NCBI GenBank assembly: GCA_013265495.1 | Contig: MU058065.1 | Span: forward strand, 3,077,003-3,141,002 | From: Vicugna vicugna | Taxonomy: Eukaryota | Length of the DNA: 64,000 nucleotides | Reading direction: 5' to 3' | In this document: one piece after another, positions 63,903-64,000 of the stretch | How positions within the stretch are numbered: the first letter of the stretch is position 1 | How the letters are laid out: each line of letters starts with the position of its first letter | Made by a program: the position numbers and the translations under genes | Notes under the pieces: model-generated | What the model was told of the DNA's origin: nothing | Database searches by the model: none | Seen by the model: only the letters and a program-made list of their open reading frames with translations

Positions 63903-64000
63903 AAATTGCATTACTAAATCAAGAGAAAAAGTAGTGCAGACTTCTCCATACACTGTCCTAGGTTCCCTTTCTCCCTGGTTTATATTACCTGTTACTGTTA

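Overview
Mammalian genomic DNA, most likely camelid, inferred from several vic-1-like tRNA-derived SINEs and cetartiodactyl-type L1 3' ends. The left part holds the CpG-island promoter and the first two non-coding exons of ACSL3 on the minus strand (exon 1 about 22732-23014, exon 2 5185-5242). The ACSL3 coding exons lie outside the window, below coordinate 1. The promoter has a CCAAT box, a GC box and a DR4 LXR-type element. About 8.8 kb upstream of the TSS, in the same orientation, is a defective 6.3-kb class II (betaretrovirus-like) provirus (31819-38155) with both LTRs, dUTPase-protease, RT/RNaseH/IN and a beta-type env. It is unusual in four ways: a tRNA-Trp primer-binding site instead of Lys, a poly(A) signal placed right after the TATA box, an almost complete in-frame gag deletion, and many non-CpG G-to-A changes at conserved residues. 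The rest is repeat-rich intronic and intergenic DNA (L1, L2, MIR, MLT/ERVL/ERV1 LTRs, MER/Tigger elements, microsatellites). No intact cellular CDS is present. Gene and repeat names come from recalled similarity, not from database searches.
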